Below, in pieces: positions 43,223 to 55,565 of a stretch of DNA of 64,000 nucleotides (position 1 is its first letter; each line of letters begins with the position of its first letter). The translations under genes and the position numbers were made by a program. A model generated the notes under the pieces. That model did no database searches. It was not told the origin of the DNA and saw only the letters and a program-made list of their open reading frames with translations. This DNA comes from Eledone cirrhosa (Eukaryota), in contig OZ024741.1 of assembly GCA_964016885.1 (NCBI GenBank), positions 41,106,001-41,170,000 of the forward strand. Direction: 5' to 3'.

Positions 43223-43344
43223 TAATATAGAAATGGCTTCTACAGGACTAGAACTATTTCATTTGAGAGAAATTATCAGGAAGCCGCCTGATGATTTCTC
43301 CCGAATGAAACAGTTCTAGTCCTGTAGAAGCCATTTCTATATTA
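43223..43344. repeat. ~120-bp palindrome (family shared with 55102-55220)
   Basis: TAATATAGAAATGGCTTCTACAGGACTAGAAC...GTTCTAGTCCTGTAGAAGCCATTTCTATATTA, with loop AAGCCG. Confidence 0.92.
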
Positions 43345-43694
43345 GATATTTAGTATTTAGACTCTGCTATGTATTGAGTACCTTACTGTGGCTACCCCTG
43401 ATTGAAACCGTCATAAACATATATATATATATATATAGTAATAATAATAAATGTGAAGACTAAAATCCAAAGAGGGTTTGATAAAGATAAATATAAGGGG
43501 GAAAGCAGCAATTCTTTGCTTAAACTTTAATCTGTTATTTTAATAAATATATATATATATGCAGAGGTTGTATTTAATTTGTTGGGATTCAACAAGCTTA
43601 AACATTTTTATAACTGATATAAAGCACTCAACAATTTAGTGGAGTAAATATTCAATATATTAATAAATGGAAACTATATTTATAAAACCATAAT

Positions 43695-43760
43695 TATTTT
43701 ATTATATATATTTCAAGGGCAACCAAAGCAAATTCGGGTGCGCTTTCATCAGATAAAATA
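43695..43760 (-). ncRNA. Type I hammerhead ribozyme fold (inverted partner of 44201-44266)
   Basis: Reverse complement is TATTTTAT-CTGATGA-AAGCGCACCC...TGGTTGCCCTT-GAAA-TATATA-TA-ATAAAATA. Confidence 0.78.
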
Positions 43761-43848
43761 CAAATTTGTTTTATAAAAAAATATTGACATACCCGCATAA
43801 AGACAACCTTAACGGTTGAGGTTCGCAGATAAAATACAAATTTGTTTT

Positions 43849-44110
43849 CATCATCATCATCATCGTTTAACGTCCATCTTCCATGCTTGCATGGGTTTGG
43901 ACGGGAATTTTCCCACTTGAGGCAAGATTGGTTGTCTTGTTCGTATAGGACTGTCTGGCGGGTTTTCTACGGCTGGATGCCCTTCCTAACACCAACCACG
44001 TTTACAGAGTGGACTGGGAGGTTTTTACCGTGTTACCTACACGGCCATATTACAGTGTGGACTGTGTGTTTTTTTGTCGTGACACCTACACGACCTCATT
44101 TGTTTTGGAA
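43849..44110 (-). mobile_element. RTE 3'UTR/tail fragment inserted at the centre of a hammerhead-bearing palindrome
   Basis: Reverse complement of the RTE 3'UTR, with a (CAT)n tail at about 43849-43864. Confidence 0.88.
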
Positions 44111-44200
44111 TGGATAAATAACGGTTGAGGTGCAGTGAACCTCAACCGTTAAGGTTGTCTTTATGCGGGTATGTCAATATTTATTTATAAAACAAATTTG

Positions 44201-44266
44201 TATTTTATCTGATGAAAGAGCACCAGAATTTGCCTTGGTTGCACTTGAAATATATATAATAAAATA
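44201..44266 (+). ncRNA. Type I hammerhead ribozyme fold
   Basis: TATTTTAT-CTGATGA-AAGAGCACCA...TGGTTGCACTT-GAAA-TATATA-TA-ATAAAATA. Perfect 8-bp stem I and palindromic (AT)4 stem III. Confidence 0.8.
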
Positions 44267-45180
44267 ATTATGGTTTTATAAATATAGTTTCCATTTATTA
44301 ATATATTGTATATATATATTTATATATATATAGCAAAATTGAATATAGGATATAGACATTTTGTTGCTTTCACTCTACTAATGTATTGAGTACCTTATTT
44401 ACTGTGGTTACCCCCGATATCACTCAAGATCTACATATATATATATGAGTGAATCTTTGACTGTGCATGTTTGTATGTATGTGTGTATGTATATATGTGT
44501 GGTTATGTGTGTGTTTGTGTGTGTATGCAAGCATGTATGTGTGCCCGTGAGTGAGTGGATGTGTGTGGATTTGTGCCTGTATTTATTTTCCATATCTTAG
44601 TCATTTGTCAAAGAAGTTTTCACAAAAATGAGTACCAGATTTAAAAAAAAAATATTGGGGTTGATATTATTTACATTTAAGATGGTGCTCCAACATGGCC
44701 ACATTCTAATAAGTGCAACCAATAAAAGAAAAGTAAATATAAATATCTTTACAGTAATGGATTATTTCCTATTTCTTGCCTACCTCAATTTAAGGAGTAA
44801 TATTATTTACATTAGAAGTAACATCATTTTCAAAACAACAGTAACAATAAATGAGATTTCTCCTCTCGTAGTCCAACCATAATAAATACCTTTCCTGCCT
44901 TTTGATTGATAGTTATTTAATCGATATATTTAAATGTCACACTAATTACCTGTCATTACCCATCATTCTATGATTCCTATACCTTTACATTCAGAATCAG
45001 TTGTACAAAGTAACAGTAAGTGTGAGTGTGTGTGTGTATATATATATATTTTGTTTCTGAATTTGTTTAGCAAGATTCTTTATCTGAAAACGTGTGTTGA
45101 AACCGATATTGTTATACTTTGGGAGGGTCATGTTGCCAATAAGAAACACACGCACCAGTTGCTTTCACTCCAATTTATAT

Positions 45181-45251
<71 letters not shown>

Positions 45252-45559
45252 CATATATATATACACATAAATATATATACACACATACATATATATACAT
45301 GCACATATAAATACACATATATATACACACACACATACATACCTAAATATATATATATATATGAGCAAGACAAGGTCACTGACCTGGTATTGCTTACAAA
45401 AGGATAACTCGTCCAACTTATGCCAGCGTGGAAAAATGGACATTAAATGATGATGATGATATATATATATATATATGTGTGTGTGTGCGTGTGTGTATGC
45501 AAGTGTGAGTTGAATGCTCAGCAGATCTGATGAGTTTTTCAACTGTTCAAACAATAGAA

Positions 45560-45790
45560 AAACCCGAAATTAACATGCAAATGGCTGAGAATACTACAAA
45601 CATATATACAGTAAATGTAATTCTCAAGAAATATTCAGTATGGTACACTGTGTGAGAAGGTACAAGTTATTTTTCCACCTGAGTTGATTGGTGCAACATG
45701 GAATAAAGTGCCTTGCTCAAGAATACAATGCACCAGCGATCTTGAGCTGAATGCCCAAGCCACTGAGCCATAGCTCTTCACTATGTAAGT
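45560..45790. mobile_element. Second SINE-like dispersed repeat (related pieces near 130-260, 20735-20930, 30800-30950, 34680-34860, 37130-37320, 48000-48180)
   Basis: Shared GAAATTAACRTGCAARTGGCTGAG...CACAAACA and AAAGTGYCTTGCTCAAG segments. Confidence 0.6.
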
Positions 45791-46554
45791 GGGTCTATAT
45801 AAGATGGTAGTGTTGCTAGAATATCAAATAATGGCTTTATTGTACATTTCATTTACCAGGCTTCTGAGCAGTTTCTGTCTACAAAATTTCATTCATATAT
45901 GTCCTAGATATTACACAATTGGATTAAATGAACCTGGAACTTTATTGTGAAGCAAACTTCTTAAGCCTTTGATAACTAACCCAGTCAAAACCAGCTCTGG
46001 TTCTATGAAATAAAACCACCCATTTTAAATTCCAGATGAACATGGCTTAATATTTAGCCTTAATAAAATTAATATATGTAGATATGCGCACACACCTCAC
46101 ACACAGATACACACAATGGGTTTGTCTGCAGTTTCTATCTACTAAGTACACTCACAAGACACATGCCCAAGACACCATTCAGTTGAGTCAAACTTGTAAC
46201 CTTATGGCTGTGAGGTGAACTATTTAGGCATTCATCTATGCTACATCTATTTATACAAAGGGACATAAACACAGGCATCTATACTGAGATCTAAGACTAC
46301 ATAAATATACAAATGGTTCCATTGTAGAAATGGGTAACACAACTGACTGTGCAGCAGTTTAAACCCAGACAATATCTTCTGGCTTGATCCATTTTTATAA
46401 CTCTTTGTTTGTCTGGTTTACTGAATACTTCAAATGAATTGATAGATCAATTATTGATTAGTTAATAAATTTTCTGATCAATAATGCACCAATGGAATGA
46501 TTAAAAGTTTGATATGTTCAGATGCCTTCTCCCACCCTTTCTCTCTTAACCTAG

Positions 46555-46600
<46 letters not shown>

Positions 46601-46617
46601 TATATATATATGTATAT

Positions 46618-46667
<50 letters not shown>

Positions 46668-46780
46668 GTTTATATATGTATATGTGGGATGTTGAAGAAT
46701 CTGAGATGAGCACTGAATACCGACAGAGTTTAAATACACACACACACTGATATATATATATATATATATAAATGTTTGCA

Positions 46781-46859
<79 letters not shown>

Positions 46860-47451
46860 ACACCCTTATGAAGGCATGCTGAACACAAGGTGAAGCCGCT
46901 TGGCGCCACAATCAGGATTTTACATATCTCTATATATGAATATATATATATATATTTATACAAATGCATACTCATATACACACACACATATATAATATAT
47001 ATATATGCGTGAGTGTGTGTGTGTGTGTGTACCTGAGCAAATAAACCTAAATATCAATGATATAGAAATGTCTTAAGTTGAATATTATATAGATTTCTAT
47101 GTGTATTTGTATTTATTCCTTCTATATTTTCTAACTGGGAATCAGTAATTTTCTTCATTTTCCAGAAATGGGTTTGTGATTTGCTTTGAAACAGAAGCCA
47201 GAGCTAATTAAGGAAAAATGTCATATAAAGGAAGATTGATGGAGGTTTAACTGATTATCTTCCCATTATAGCTTCTATTAGTTAATCATCTTCAAATTGT
47301 TAAAGATTATCAAGGCAGAAATCAATGTAACTTTATAACTTTATATCTTGATCACATAATCATAACTGTTATGCATGTATATTCATATAGGTGGGTATGT
47401 ATGTCTATGTACCTATCTATCTACATATATATATATGTTTTTATCTGTGTA

Positions 47452-47501
<50 letters not shown>

Positions 47502-48668
47502 GGGGAGAGTATATATATATATATATAGATATATACTTACGCATTATATATATATATATATATATATATACAGAGAGAGAGAGATGGAAGAATGGCTGCA
47601 TGGTTAAGGAGTTTGCTTCTAAATCTTGTAGTTTTAAGTTCAGTTCCACTGTGTAGGACCTGATAACTGTTATGCATTATGTTCATGTAGGTTTTTATAT
47701 ATGTATATATATGTAGAGAGGGAGAGAGAGCTGAAGGCATGGCTATAGGATTAAAGAGTAAGCTTTCAAACCAAACCATGTAGTTTCAGGTTCAGTCCCT
47801 CTGTGTAGGGCCTTGGATGCACCAATTCCTTGGGAGTGAAATTTGGTAGATTGTATTTTCAGAACTGTATGTGTGGCATTAGGGAGTTCACTTTACAACT
47901 GTGTGGTTTCAGTTTCAATCCTTAGGCAAGTATCTTCTATTATGACCTTGAATAAACTCATGTCTTTTGAATGAAATTGAGTAGACAAAGAGACAGTGTG
48001 TCCATTAGATGGTTTTTACATGCAATTGAAAGGTTCAGCCTTGTGACATATTGTGTCAGACTGACTCTGACTATGAATTAGGTTACACATGTTTATAGAA
48101 TACTCACCCACATTGATGTTAATTCACAAAATGTACATTCAGTTAATTGAACAACTGAATTCTCAGTGTTAAAACCAACAAAGAATCCATCATTATCATC
48201 ATCATCATCATCATCATTTTAATATCTGCTTTCCCTGCTAGCAAGGGTTGGATGGATCTACATAGATCAAGTCAGTACTGAAACAAGGTATCTGACCTCC
48301 CAGACAGGCTAGGAATCTTTTATCTCACTTATGCATGGTCTCATGTTCTACCAAGTACACAGAAGAGGTTGTCATGTCTTTGACACAACTGAAGGGTCCT
48401 CCTAACCCTTTGTTTGGCAGGCTTTCTATGGGTGGATGCCCTTCCTATCACCAACCACTAGGGGAGGCTGTCATTTTTTTTACATGACTGAAGTATCCTC
48501 CCAACCTTTTGGCAAGCACCACCCCCATATATATATAAATGTATAATCATCATCTTATTTATACACACACAACATACATATATATTTATATATCCAGGAG
48601 ATTCCAAACAGAATGGTTGCATTTTTGCAGTGTATGTCAATATTTATTTATAAAACTAACCTATATTA

Positions 48669-48734
48669 TATTTTATCTGATGAAAGCGCACCATAGTTTG
48701 CCTTGGTGGCCCTTGAAATATGTATAATGAAATA
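48669..48734 (+). ncRNA. Type I hammerhead fold, third copy of the 44201 family
   Basis: TATTTTAT-CTGATGA-AAGCGCACCA...TGGTGGCCCTT-GAAA-TATGTA-TA-ATGAAATA. Confidence 0.75.
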
Positions 48735-48788
48735 AATATGGTTTTATAAATATAGTTTCCATTTGTTAAACTTTAATCTGTTATTTTA

Positions 48789-48888
<100 letters not shown>

Positions 48889-48896
48889 TAAAATAA

Positions 48897-48970
48897 CAGA
48901 TTAAAGTTTAAGCAAAGAATCGCTGCTTTCACCCTTAACGGGATCTTCTGAAACTAACAAAGTCAATCTG
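48897..48970 (-). ncRNA. Type I hammerhead fold with variant core (CAGAAGA) at the 3' end of the GIY-YIG element
   Basis: Minus strand: CAGATTGA...AGTTT-CAGAAGA-t(CCC gttaa GGG)t-GAAA-GCA(gcgattctt)TGC-TT-AAACT-TTAATCTG. All three stems pair. Confidence 0.62.
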
Positions 48971-49044
48971 TAAACGCAGAAGTGGTTATTTCAAAAAACG
49001 TTGCAACCGGAGGAAGACAGGAAGACGATACTTTGGTTCGTGGA

Positions 49045-49305
49045 AATGTTCCCTGGCAAAGAACGGGAAAAAACGAAGATAATACGTCATTATTTGGAGC
49101 GGTGAAAAACAATTACACGCAAAGACAGAACCACGTTTATGGTATAAAAGAGGTCGTAGACTAACGTTCTCTTAGGTGGTTCATAGAGACGTTCTCTGGC
49201 AATGAACGAAAAAAACGAAGATAATACGTCATATGTCGAGCGTGGAGAACAATTGCACGCAAAGACAAAACCACGTAAATATAATAGCAGAAGTCGTAGA
49301 CTAAA
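49045..49305. repeat. Two ~143-bp diverged tandem units in the 3' region of the Penelope-like element
   Basis: AAAAAACGAAGATAATACGTCAT...CACGCAAAGACA...GTCGTAGACTAA occurs twice. Confidence 0.88.
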
Positions 49306-49894
49306 ATTCTAACTAGGAGACCGAATGAATCTCCGCTTCAGAGTTAAGAACAAAGTAAATAAATACAATACAGAAGTAATAGAAATTAAATAAATACATA
49401 CACGCATGCATATACGTATATACACAAGCATACGCGAAAACACTTACCATAGGTATACAAAACCACACACATATAAATATGTGTGTGTGTGTATGCGTGT
49501 ATACAAATAAATAAATAATTAAATAAACGTATATAAATAAATAAATATGTATATAACAAGTGCACACACATACCTACATGTAAATACACAAATATTCGGA
49601 GACGTAGGTCAACCAAAACATGAAGTACACATATACACACACCCTACATACGTACGAACCTGCATACTCACACAGACGCAAAACTCCCATATACACATAA
49701 CCAAACAATATGTACCAGAATATATTAAATTATACGCCATAACATATACAATCAAATATACGTACGAGAAGGTATACGTACCTTCACAAAACATACAGGT
49801 AATATATACCTACCTATGCAAATAAGTAATGGTATAAACAAAACATATACTTAGCTACCACATCAAGACGTAAAATATCCACGTATAGATCGTT

Positions 49895-50573
49895 CTATCT
49901 GTTAGGGTATAACGTGGGGCTGTAATACAGGAAAGTTTTGTGCAATTTATGTTTACAAGCCGAAATTGCCTCAGATTTTTTGTTTAAGATGTGGTCTGTG
50001 ACGTAGAGTATTTCCAGGGCCTCAGCGGTGCAGAGGTCACATGGTCTTTTATTTCTATTATACGATCTAGCCCTAGCTAGGATCTCCCAGTGTAACTTAT
50101 ATTGGGTGTGGTTGTCTTTTAGACTCCAGATATAAGCTGAAAGTGACGTCATATTCCTTCTTAGAGGGTAACGAAAAGAATGGGTATGCATGTAAAGACG
50201 CTGCTTGAATCTATTGGCAGTTAACCCTATGTAGGCCCTACGGGACATGGGTGTTTCAACCTTACATTTGTAGACAATGTTACTAGAGAGGCATTTCCCG
50301 GATAGGTGGCAATCAACCTGATTCTTACAATTACAGTTAGTTCTAACTACAGGGTTGCACGTGTTCCTACGGCTAGGTAGTTTAGCTAAATTTGAAGCTG
50401 TGATGTTATGTGCAAGGGTAGGAGTCGTAGAGTAAGAAATTTTAATAGTATTTCTATTAAAAATTTTACTATATTTATGTGTAGGGGGAAAATGCTTCGT
50501 AATAAGGGAAAGAAAGATCTTAGCTAATGGTGTGGCCACCTCCATATTATATGGTGGGTTATACCAACAAATG

Positions 50574-50575
<2 letters not shown>
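49895..50575 (-). CDS. Penelope-like linker + GIY-YIG endonuclease (N-truncated, no RT core in this copy)
   Basis: WYNPPY, IFNRNTIKISYS, CxCx5Cx5C (CNCKNQVDCHLSGKC), IVY...YIGLT...FKQR, CDLCTAE, LNKKSE...CKH. The frame is open to its stop. The annotated N-terminus (YIYIY) is just (TA)n. Confidence 0.85.
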
Positions 50576-50622
<47 letters not shown>

Positions 50623-51787
50623 ACATACACAATTGTGTGAATATATGAAAAAGAAGAAGTCTGAACAGACAGCTAAGAGGTAGATAGTTATAGATTGGTA
50701 GTAGAATATCTGCTCATAGATGGTATGTTATAAGGTGCATAGCAGCTTTAAGAAAATGGTTTAAATATAGCATTTTATGATAAAAACAGCAAAATTGAGT
50801 GAAGTTAAGCAGACTATTACAGATTCTGTCAAGTCAACAAAATTGGGTGTTAAACCAATGATTATGATAGATCAGTTGCTTGACAGATAATAAAGTCAGT
50901 TGGAAAGTTATAAGTTTGAATGTTTGAAATTAAGTCAAGAGACCCTGTTTTATTTTATATATACTGCTTCAATACCTATTTTGATAGTGAAGGTATATGA
51001 CTTCGTGGTTAGAGTGTTGGGCTTGCAATCATGAGGTTGTGAGTTTGTAGCTCCAGTCCACTCAGCTGTAGAAATGAGGTGCTACGTCACTAGTACCAAG
51101 CTGTATTGGTCATAGACTTTTCCTTGGACAGCATCGGTGGCATGGACATATCTTTGTGAAAGTTTAAACTAAATTATAACAAGGAGTTTATGTTTTATTG
51201 TGATGCAGTCATAGTACTATTTTATACTTTTTAAAAACATCTCGCTAAAGCAGTTTCATGTGGTACAGGATGTTAAGAGTTAATGGTCATGAAATAAAGA
51301 CATGCTTCAGTATTTGTCCAACCCATAAATCATAGATAAAGTGATGTAAAAGGATAAATCACACTTATAATTTATATTGCCAGCAATATGTATCTTTTGA
51401 CTACCACCTTGTGTGTCTGTAGCTAAGACAATTCTCCATGACCCAGTCAACCTGGCTTGGATTGCTGAATCAATACAATAAAGTACCAATCTTTGGCAGT
51501 AGCTTGGAGGAAATGTTGGAGTAATGGAGAAGATGCCTTGCTGTGGTATGTAATGACTCTTTATTCTCAGAGTTCATATTCTGCTGTGACTTACTTGGGT
51601 GATAAATTTAATCTGTTGTCCTTGGTAGTGGAAGGATTGAGAACCACCATATTGGATAGTAATATAGATTATATAAATGTGTAATATTAACCCTCTTGTT
51701 ACCATATCTATAAGGAAATACATTACTTGTGTGATTTAATCAATTTTGTAAATAATAAAAAATTTGGAGGATTTTTAATTATCAAAA

Positions 51788-52127
51788 TAATAATAAAAAT
51801 TATTGTGTACAGTGCTCAGGTGCACTACAACTCATCAAATGTGTATATCATGACTCATACACTGTTCACTATTGGCAGTATTGGTAGAGGGTCGGACACC
51901 ATGCTTTGCAGCATAGAGTTACGGTCCCTTACGGTCTGAATTAAAATCGCGCCGAGGTTAACTTTGTCATTCATCCTTACGGGGTCGATAAAATAAAGTA
52001 CCAGTAATGCATTGGGATAATTGCTGGTCATGTGCCAAAAGTAGAAACAATTATTCTATGTACTATACATTTACCTTTGGTGAGTTGTAGTGTACCTGAG
52101 CACTGTACATAATAATTTTCATTATTA
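51788..52127. repeat. 52-bp inverted repeats enclosing a SINE
   Basis: 51788-51839 (…GTACAGTGCTCAGGTGCACTACAACTCATCAAA) is the reverse complement of 52076-52127. Confidence 0.85.
51872..52050 (+). mobile_element. tRNA-derived SINE (most abundant family in the window)
   Basis: A-box-like TGGCAGTATTGG, a B-box region, core CATCCTTACGGGGTCGATAAAATAAAGTACCAG, and 3' end GTGCCAAAAGTAGAAAC. Confidence 0.8.
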
Positions 52128-52849
52128 TACGTCCCTTTATGGTCTGAGTTCAAATCCCGTCGAGGTTAACTTAGCCTTTCATCCTTACGGGGTCAATAAA
52201 ATAAAGTACCAGTAATTCACTGGATAATTGCTGGTTGTTGTGCCAAAAGTAGAAACAATTATTATTTAAAATAAACAGTATCGTAGAAGTGAGGGCAGTT
52301 TCTGATGGTTTGGTATAAACATTTTTAAGCTGTTGTTTGGAACGTAATTATCCAAACATAAAATTTCTAAAGATTTTAATATAAAATTATGATGCCAGGT
52401 TTTAATATAATTATGAACATTTTAAAATAGGCAGTTTTGTATTACATAACCAGGGGCAGTATTAAAAGGGTTAACTATACTAGAACATGTGTAATTACAG
52501 CAGATGTTATTACCAACCCCTCCTTTATCTACAGGTACTGATATATAAGTATTAATCATAAATTTCAAGAGAATATTGATGGATGTAAATAGATATATAC
52601 ACATGCACAAATGCATGTAAGTTAACAGACACATAGATGGATGGATGTAAATAGATACACACACATACATGTATGCACACACACATATATGGAGACAAGT
52701 AAGCATATATATTCATGCAAGAACACACACACACTGGTTTTAAATAATAATAATCTTCTAACTTATATCTGTCTATAAAACCTAGTTACAGAACTTTCCA
52801 GGCTATTTTAGATAAATTATCCAATTACTAGTCATTTTGGGAGTGAGGG

Positions 52850-53100
<251 letters not shown>

Positions 53101-53563
53101 ATGAGCAGTTAATAAGTAACTCAACTCAATCACGGTGTAGAAATGACCTTAAGGAGGTTTTATACAAGAGCTCATGTAATATGTGTGAAAGGAGGTTCAT
53201 AAATAGATTAGATGTATATAAAGGGTGGTCATTTTAGCATCACATTGCTAAATATAGGGAGATATAAAAATCTATCTAAAACTTTGCCAGTGTAGCTGTC
53301 AGAGGTCTTAAGATTAACATGGTAAATGAGAGATTCAATATTGACAAAATGTTACAAAAGTAGTCTCACTGTCCTCATATATAATTCCTGATTTCATCCA
53401 ACAGTGCTACTAAGTAAATAAGTACAATTTCAGTTCTTACAATTCCTGTCATTAGCAGCTGTGATATCAAGTGAATAGTATTGAATCTTTTGGTACCAAA
53501 CCACCTGAAACAGCCCTGAATTTATGATGCAAAACTGTTCATTTTAAAATGTTTATACTTATA

Positions 53564-53799
53564 TTAACTCTTTAGCATTTAAAGCGGCCATATTCGGCCA
53601 GAATTCCCTCCCCTCTTTCTGTTCAAACCGGCTGTAACTGGCCACTCATACTGACGTTAAGGTATTGTTCTTGAAATAAATAACATAAAAATCTTGTAGA
53701 TTCGATATTATGTGAGATAATTATGTAAGATAAAGCCTTTACCATGAAAATACGATAGAATATATAGAATATAGAATAATGTAAATGCTAAAGGGTTAA
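53564..53799 (+). mobile_element. piggyBac-type MITE family A nested at a TTAA in a family B MITE (about 53485-53960)
   Basis: TTAA-CTCTTTAGCATTTA...TAAATGCTAAAGGG-TTAA. Family B sequence resumes at ATCCTTCCATCATAATTTT. Confidence 0.82.
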
Positions 53800-55101
53800 A
53801 TCCTTCCATCATAATTTTATTTTATGTTATAAATATTAACTTATTAATGAAAACCCTAGTTATTTTATTAAATTCCTCCAAAAGTTTGGTTATTTTCAGA
53901 ATTAATTGGAACACAAAGGCAGTGTATTTCACTAGAAATATGGTAATGCAATGTTTAATGCTGAATAAAGTATATGTTAAGCTTCCCTCAAAGAAGTAGT
54001 GTTTCACTATATTAACCCTTTTAATACCAAACCACCCAACCCTGGCTTGGGTTTATGACACAAAACTGTTTGTTTTGAAGTATTTATATTTATCTCAAGA
54101 ACTTCCATCATAATTCTATGTAAGAACCTTTGGTAAGTTGTTTCAAACATGATCTTGATAATGAGAAAGGCAGTGTCTTGAGGTGTATGGCAATAAAAAG
54201 TAAGGCTTAATGCAGTTAAAGACCAGCAAGAAGAACATAATGCAGTCACAGTAGCAAGTGTTTTAAGGCCATTTTCCTCAGTCTTATGGGATGGGACCCA
54301 TGCTAAACTCCATACTTATCATGGTAACCTTTATGAGGTATGGTTTTATGACTGGATATGCTTCTAGCTGCCAGACCTAGTAGTTGTTTCTTTCTGAGTT
54401 GTAATTCATTTACGCTGTTCAACACTGACACAACAACAAGCATTTTAAGGCCATTTACCATACCAAAGTAGGAGTTAGCCTTGTAGATGGCTCCATGACA
54501 GGGTTTCATACACATCATAATGACCTTTTTGAGGCAATATTTTATAGCTGCATGCTCTTCTTGGCACCAACAATTTTAGTCAACTCATATATGCAGGGAT
54601 ATATTGTGCTAATTCTGAACTGGATACATGCATCAAGAATAAAATGCAGCCACAATAATATATAAAGCATACAGTCACACATATATATATACATATATAT
54701 ATCATTATCATCATCATCATCATTATCATTGTCATTTTAATATCCACTTTCCCTGCTAGAAAGGGTTGGACAGGTCTATATAGACCAAGTCAATACTGAA
54801 GCGGAGCCACTGATCTCCCAGGCAGGCCAGGAGCCTGTGTGCTCAGGTGAGGTTGTCATGGCCTTGACATATCTGAGGCTCCTCCCAAACCTTTGTTTTG
54901 GTAAGATTTCTATGGCTGGATACCCTTCCTATCACAAACACTAGGCAAGTTGTCATGTCAAGGGCATGACTGGTGGGTTCTCTCGACCATTTACACACAC
55001 ACACACACACGTACATATATATATATATATATATGGGCATCCTAGGTTCAAATGAGGCTAACCACAGTAAGTAAGGTATTCAATATATAGCAGAATATAC
55101 A

Positions 55102-55220
55102 TTTTTAATACAGAAATGGCTCCTACAGGACTAGAACTGTTTCATTTGAAGGAAATCATCACATGATTTCCTTTGAATGAAACAGTTCTAGTCCTGTAGA
55201 GGCCATTTCTATATTAAAAA
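55102..55220. repeat. ~120-bp palindrome (family shared with 43223-43344)
   Basis: Arms of ~58 bp around loop CAC at 55160-55162. Confidence 0.92.
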
Positions 55221-55225
55221 AAGAG

Positions 55226-55260
<35 letters not shown>

Positions 55261-55261
55261 G

Positions 55262-55350
<89 letters not shown>

Positions 55351-55422
55351 ACAAAAAGATGAAATCGAAAATGCAACTGGAGTCTTATTTTTTTTTTTTA
55401 AATATATATATTTATTTGGTTC

Positions 55423-55458
55423 CTTTACCGGTTTCGCAGTTCTTCTGCTTTTCAAAAG
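55423..55458 (-). ncRNA. Minimal hammerhead, U3/A8 variant (inverted partner)
   Basis: Exact reverse complement of 55530-55565. Confidence 0.72.
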
Positions 55459-55529
55459 TAGAGTTGAGATGGAGGGTCTGTGGTTTTTCTCACTGTGAGA
55501 AAAACCACAGACCCTCCATCTCAACTCTA

Positions 55530-55565
55530 CTTTTGAAAAGCAGAAGAACTGCGAAACCGGTAAAG
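55530..55565 (+). ncRNA. Minimal hammerhead, U3/A8 core variant
   Basis: CTT-TTGAAAA-(GCAG aagaa CTGC)-GAAA-CCGG-TA-AAG, with palindromic stem III ACCGGT. Confidence 0.72.

Larger units (their letters stand above)
43653..44308. repeat. Inverted repeat with ~170-bp arms, split by an RTE tail
   Basis: 43653-43824 is the reverse complement of about 44137-44308 with few mismatches. Confidence 0.93.

Noticed and set aside
45048-45175. TA-flanked insert with CTGAAAA...GAAACCGATA
   Set aside because: Stems I and II do not pair. It may be another TA-associated tail, but a ribozyme cannot be supported.
45527-45580. CTGATGA-GTTTTTC...GAAAAAC-CC-GAAA hammerhead-like pattern
   Set aside because: The GAAA belongs to a SINE-like repeat (GAAATTAACATGCAA), and I see no stem III/UH or stem I.
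49895-50575. Selenocysteine recoding, as reported for some Naiad elements
   Set aside because: The frame has no internal TGA and the conserved positions are ordinary Cys codons.
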